A program made the position numbers and the translations under genes. Below, piece after piece: positions 36,801 to 39,416 of a DNA stretch of 39,416 bases (position 1 is its first letter; the number at the start of each line of letters is the position of its first letter). Source of the DNA: a virus (Duplodnaviria > Caudoviricetes); the IMG/VR virus record IMGVR_UViG_3300042197_003621, positions 1 through 39,416 of that record, one strand, 5' to 3'. Under the pieces are notes generated by a model. That model saw only the letters and a program-made list of their open reading frames with translations, was not told where the DNA came from and did no database searches.

Positions 36801-37892
36801 GTCTCCAAGAACGCGGTGGCCAAGGCCCTCAACGACCTGAGCCGCGGACTGCTGCGCGGCGAGGAATTTGACGACGACCAGATCGCGATCGCGCACGGCG
36901 TGATGAACGCGGTCGCCGAGGGACGAAGCCAACTGCTGCTGGGTGACAAGTCCGGCGCGGACTGGTACGACACCGACATCGACACGGCCAAGAAGTACCT
37001 GCGGCGGGCCCTGCCGAGCCTGAAAAACGACACCGATATGGTGCTCTTCACGGCCGTGATGACGCCGACCTCGTTCGGCCAGAACCCGCTGACCAACGTC
37101 GCCACCGCGGTCCGCATCTACGAGGCGGCGGGGGACGATCCGTGGGGCAATCTGCCGCCGCGGCAGGCCGACGGGAAGAAGGGTTGGACCGCCCGGGGCA
37201 ACGCGGTCGCGTTGGGTCTCGAACGCATCAACCAACTGGTCAATGAGCGGGGCGAGCGTGGTGCGGTAAACTGGCTGCTGAAGAAACACCCGATCTCGGA
37301 GCTGCGGAAGTACAACGAGAACGTATCCGGCAAGGCCGGCGACCTGAAGTACGGCGCGTACATCTTCGGCCCCAAGGGTGGCCCGTTCTTCCTCAATATG
37401 AACGGCATCCGCGAGGAGATGACCAAGGACCTCTGGTGGAGCCGCACCTTCAACCGCTGGTTCGGCACGATGGAGGAGACCGTGCGCGCCGTCGACGAGG
37501 AGGGCGGTGTTGAGGGCGAGAAGGAGCAGGAGGCCGAACAATTCCGGATTCAGGAGGTGCCCCGCAACGACGCGGAGCGTCGCCGGATGGACGCGATCGC
37601 CAATCAGGCCGCCCAGCGGCTGGGATTGACCATCGAGGAACTGCAAGCCACCCTTTGGTACTATGAACAACAGCTCTGGAAGCGGCTCGGAGCCAAGGTC
37701 GAGTCCTACTCTTTCCGGGACGGAGCCCTCCGGATTCTCGAAAAACGGGGCATCGAGCGCCCCCGAGTTCGCCGCGGTGATTCGCCGAATGAAGGACGAA
37801 GGCAGGCTGCCTACCTTCTCGCGGCTGCTGAAAGCCGTCCGCAAGCCCCGCCCGATCAGCCAGCCAAGATCGAGGTCAGCGGAACGCGATAA
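30894..37892 (+). CDS. Large polyvalent (DarB-like) injected protein: zincin peptidase, ART-like, glycosylase-like and unknown modules
   Basis: 2332 aa; Gly/Ala-rich N-terminus; HEWAH (32367-32381) with downstream EE; FQNWFGDS.IVDADGNPQVMYHGT ART-PolyVal-like start; FVEEIQSD domain; C-terminal WY...GPK...F..N...T.DLW...LQATLW domain. Confidence 0.85.
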   Translation: MDYLITKEPEKTDYLIEPEPETPAEPQGLMSKAKDTAVSFGIGANSLLQMAGDLYGLATGDMGNVVSQQARENIQYLQQSKSPELRQAEETRRKAIEADEDELGKALSYVRQTVTNPSLLSSALAEQVPNLVGTGGAGAVAKAGAEKVLFKTAADQAAKRLAAKKAAQIGTGAAVAAGAGMQGTDVGSDLYDETVSALDKVTDEQALSIPEIASLVEEKGATLDEAKTAFALMLGREAFALGATISAGAQMLPGGRTIERSFVGRQVGGRLAGAIGGGLGEAASEAVEEGGSRVAANLLARRFEPERPLAKGVGEAVGQAALVGGIPGATFGAASSRPTPQPAPEGETTAGKTGEAPASVATKSTLAGAPEVALESSEGLTPEQFYAAVNIRQARLMGGQPDPEDIRIAGEVPLPKVQIDPEKANQAIEQAQAALQEWADSTANAPQNIRIIFDPELLHNGYGVQGYYSPDGSIFINAAFVAPENVGKIASHEWAHSTLATPEGQQAFADFVQREIPQGELDALAARYGTQDRRVLLEEWIAENQEKAPGVIERIVARIREWLASFNIVDLSDAEVADIMLRTLRQQAEGRIQPDTYEAMQPAEGERFSLSAEPKRISGVMASPSITDINYDRAKRNLTSANQARFKSQISEYAPEAEIFDAVGDWADGSENSVAAIFQDRKSSDELQRLAAQVGLAGDQKAVLWWRTEPEGADAIHEMSWPKTVSMDEARQAMIDVGLENRTLIQTPEGVRGFVFDQGRQNLNKIEALNEHETQPSLESSPAAGDFLGSWTSRAEGRRAYRRVLGSTPQAQAGAGELRSGEVGGVGDRGEPETRFSLTERVAQGRDTVLAAEAQKLKRGETTPAKYARKVEQRMPLRPFDEVPEPATGEDILRGLGNRMAGETLKRELKANPEDIEGQQVEARLDIPSYEDANVWTVTLHNPRERAGAAGKVLAYTPTAILRDVTFTVNETAAMNVAAGARKSTFATMDGTYVPATARSAYEQAVEAKESGDWVEIGMNPIRHSYFYDKADQRPVVSADEVIQVGGLVLGRGVQYGEKPDYKFSLAQTKTPEFQNWFGDSQIVDADGNPQVMYHGTAFRPDPRKPEFPKVTFTRDFTEFRPNERGLIFTSLDPKFSDKFAMEYAGYGGSYKEGARVYPVFVKTENPFDYENPLHIKKLFGDKNELNTLDLTVGIVSRGEVMDGSYAAIEALSRKIKEAGFDGLYVFERGIKNLAVFSSDQLTSATGNVGAFGQRPLTAEERERLGVTEEEAAEGQKRGDIRMSLARGGTRFSLEETRRTRIQPAGFPPDPLGFFSPLQRAIAEMPDRGFADYVATPAVPGRSFPARTIRDKEGNVIKEIPARTEPDKPERVVTAAEQLRSHLEKFNVKKEELEDIRDTGGQTFADWIAQNPNATKEEVAQFVAENQVSVEENVLEPQGKYQIVQDGEVIDMLSFDTEEQAAAYIDQSIQDYTSEFEIDGDQLIDPSGDVVSEITKDEDKDLYYVGYPGAPKTDSRLYYTLNGARRALQQELEGIAFGEIRRYRVQETASATFEEYTLPGGRNYRETVLTLPKGARGSGFFSTHFRDTPNYLAHVRLKDRVTPSGDPVLFVEEIQSDLHQKARDIGYKGLESPQQKAERLKKLEQVRDELELNGTQIDRSDNQIARLQVEINKSRDQGLDAERLNEQLEVEYKINENLSRIRARLMDQADEFSLAANPRGVPNAPFKKTWAEMAFKYVLSEAARKGDQYLAWTTGEQQNRRYPELSAVVRSVGWESRLPGFGADPGEKFLRIRMVNETAPLELIVEPEGTVRPFSRADVRAQRFEGATLTEMVGADLANQIRNKDSGDVFLTEDLVIDEQGMVGFYDEIIPQFAAKYLKKYGVKPEMISVVLRPQRKEPSPLNIPGEEDAEVEVPQSTAKVNAVRITPEMREDFVGRGQPRYSLSATKPRNVSTVGVTREAMGLPLEGPVSKNAVAKALNDLSRGLLRGEEFDDDQIAIAHGVMNAVAEGRSQLLLGDKSGADWYDTDIDTAKKYLRRALPSLKNDTDMVLFTAVMTPTSFGQNPLTNVATAVRIYEAAGDDPWGNLPPRQADGKKGWTARGNAVALGLERINQLVNERGERGAVNWLLKKHPISELRKYNENVSGKAGDLKYGAYIFGPKGGPFFLNMNGIREEMTKDLWWSRTFNRWFGTMEETVRAVDEEGGVEGEKEQEAEQFRIQEVPRNDAERRRMDAIANQAAQRLGLTIEELQATLWYYEQQLWKRLGAKVESYSFRDGALRILEKRGIERPRVRRGDSPNEGRRQAAYLLAAAESRPQAPPDQPAKIEVSGTR

Positions 37893-39064
37893 GATGCCGG
37901 CGAATACCAACCGTCTGCCCTTAGCTCGTTGAGCTGGCGGAAAGCGGCGTCGTAGAGGCGCCCGCACTGCTCCAGCGAGTAGCGGCTGCGGGTCAGCACC
38001 GAGCAGATGTCCCGGCTCATCCCGCGGGCCGCCTCGATCGAGGCCACCCAGTCGCCGAGCGTGTTGCAGCGGTAGCCGGTGATCCCCTCGCGCACCGTCT
38101 CGGTGAACGCGCCGTAATCGACCGAGATGAGCGGCGTGCCGCACAGCATCGACTCCACGCCGCTGCCGGCAAACGGCTCGATGAAGCTGGTCGGCATCAG
38201 CATACAACGGGCTTTTCCCACCAGCTCGGCGCGGGCCTTGCCGTGGACCGGGCCGACGTACTCGATGTCGAGCCGCGACTGGTCGGGCGCGGGGTCGCTG
38301 AGGACGTGCCGCATCACCTCCTGCTCGAAGTTGCCCTGACCGGCGAAGACGAACTTGGGCACCGGGCCCTCGCGCTTGGCGTACTCGCGGATGATCGCCG
38401 CGATCGTGGTCATCCCCTTCTCCGGGGTGATCCGGCCCATATAAACGACGTAGTCGCCGGAGCCGTCGCCGACCGGCCAGTCGTCGAGGTCGAAGTAATT
38501 GGGCACGACCCAAGAGTAATACCGGTTCTGGCCCTTCTCGTCCCGGCTCACTGAGTTGTCGTGATCCCACCGGCCCCAGTGGTAGTGGCGCCACGCCTGA
38601 CTCTCGAAGATCCGCCACGCCCCGAACGGTTTGTCCGAGTAGCCGATCCCGCTCTCGACGTGGACGGCCTGCGGGAAGACGTTCACCAACTGGTCGTGGG
38701 CGCGGCCGAACGGGTGCAGGATGAAATCGCCGGGCTGCACGCGCTTGGCCAGCTCGACGATCAGCCGGCTGTTGAAGGTGGGCCAGCCCCGCTCGCCGAT
38801 CACGGCGTGGTCGCCGTGGAACTGAGTCTTGTCCTTGCGCGAGTAGTGCTGGGCGAACTCCGCGGCGTTGAGGATGTGGACGGTCTCCTTGGCCGCCGGG
38901 TCGTCGACGCTGCCCTCGTTGCAGTAGCGGATCACGTCCCACCCGTAAGGCGCCATCATCTTGGCCCAACGCCGGCACTTCCCGGTGAAGGCGCAGTGGC
39001 TGTAGTCGTCGGTCAGGATCGTGTGGAAACACGACACCAAATGCATCGTCGGCAGAGTGGGCAT
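37856..39064 (-). CDS. GT4-family (GT-B) glycosyltransferase
   Basis: VVPNYFD, YMGRITPEKG and MPTSFIEPFAGSGVESMLCGTPLISVDYGAFTETVREGITGY (E-x7-E motif); 402 aa. Confidence 0.9.
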   Translation of the reverse strand: MPTLPTMHLVSCFHTILTDDYSHCAFTGKCRRWAKMMAPYGWDVIRYCNEGSVDDPAAKETVHILNAAEFAQHYSRKDKTQFHGDHAVIGERGWPTFNSRLIVELAKRVQPGDFILHPFGRAHDQLVNVFPQAVHVESGIGYSDKPFGAWRIFESQAWRHYHWGRWDHDNSVSRDEKGQNRYYSWVVPNYFDLDDWPVGDGSGDYVVYMGRITPEKGMTTIAAIIREYAKREGPVPKFVFAGQGNFEQEVMRHVLSDPAPDQSRLDIEYVGPVHGKARAELVGKARCMLMPTSFIEPFAGSGVESMLCGTPLISVDYGAFTETVREGITGYRCNTLGDWVASIEAARGMSRDICSVLTRSRYSLEQCGRLYDAAFRQLNELRADGWYSPASYRVPLTSILAG

Positions 39065-39160
39065 TGGGGGCGCCTATCTTAACAAGAAAAGCGCGTCAAG
39101 TACTACTTGCCAAGCACTTTTGACGGGGTTAATCCGGGGGCAGAGAAACCCATTTTTCCA
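39065..39160. promoter_or_regulatory. Divergent promoter region with palindromic operator candidate
   Basis: TTGACG on both strands (39099-39094 minus; 39120-39125 plus); inverted repeat CAAGTA-C-TACTTG at 39097-39109. Confidence 0.45.
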
Positions 39161-39416
39161 ATGCCTTCCGTCATCATCCCCCCGACCGACGTCTCGCCCT
39201 ACACTGGAACCGGTGATCAAGTGTTGGCCAACACGCCGACGCTGGTGACGCCGAACATTGGCGCTGCGACTGGCAGCAGCGTGAACTTGAGCGGCAACGC
39301 CACGGTGGGCGGCAACCTCACCCTGACCGCCGCCGCCGCGACCGTGACGATGGGGAGCACCAACACGGCGAGCATCGCGGTGAATAGCAACGGCTTGCTG
39401 ATCATTACGCCGACGG
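39161..39416 (+). CDS. Tail fibre-like protein, truncated at the window end
   Basis: Manual translation MPSVIIPPTDVSPYTGTGDQVLANTPTLVTPNIGAATGSSVNLSGNATVGGNLTL...; TG.G..VL...PTLVTP..G is a common fibre repeat; frame open to the end. Confidence 0.65.
   Translation, partial: MPSVIIPPTDVSPYTGTGDQVLANTPTLVTPNIGAATGSSVNLSGNATVGGNLTLTAAAATVTMGSTNTASIAVNSNGLLIITPT

Overview
Most of the late region of a GC-rich (about 63% by eye) tailed dsDNA phage with podovirus-like gene order. Leftward arm (1-5086): glycosyltransferase (GT)-like genes, two apparently broken; a lysozyme-like endolysin with small membrane proteins; a serine resolvase; and terminase large subunit, which points away from the structural operon. 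Rightward operon (5149-37892): portal, scaffold, two GTs, a structured 5' leader and major capsid protein, four G-X-T collagen-like fibre/tailspike proteins, adaptor, nozzle, GNAT-like protein, three ejection-type proteins and a 2332-aa polyvalent protein. Right end: a GT4 and a truncated fibre gene. Best leads: (1) the giant protein is split into modules by a repeated [RK]-[FYM]-S-L linker downstream of a HExxH zincin, suggesting a self-processing injected polyprotein (SAM-lyase-like, ADP-ribosyltransferase-like and glycosylase-like modules); (2) several GTs beside Thr-rich collagen fibres, suggesting virion glycosylation; (3) a GNRA-rich multibranch RNA before the capsid gene; (4) strong avoidance of CATG, CCWGG, CTGCAG, CAGCTG and CTCGAG. 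A Verrucomicrobiota (Opitutae-like) host is a tentative inference. All functional calls come from motifs and synteny read by eye; no database search was run.
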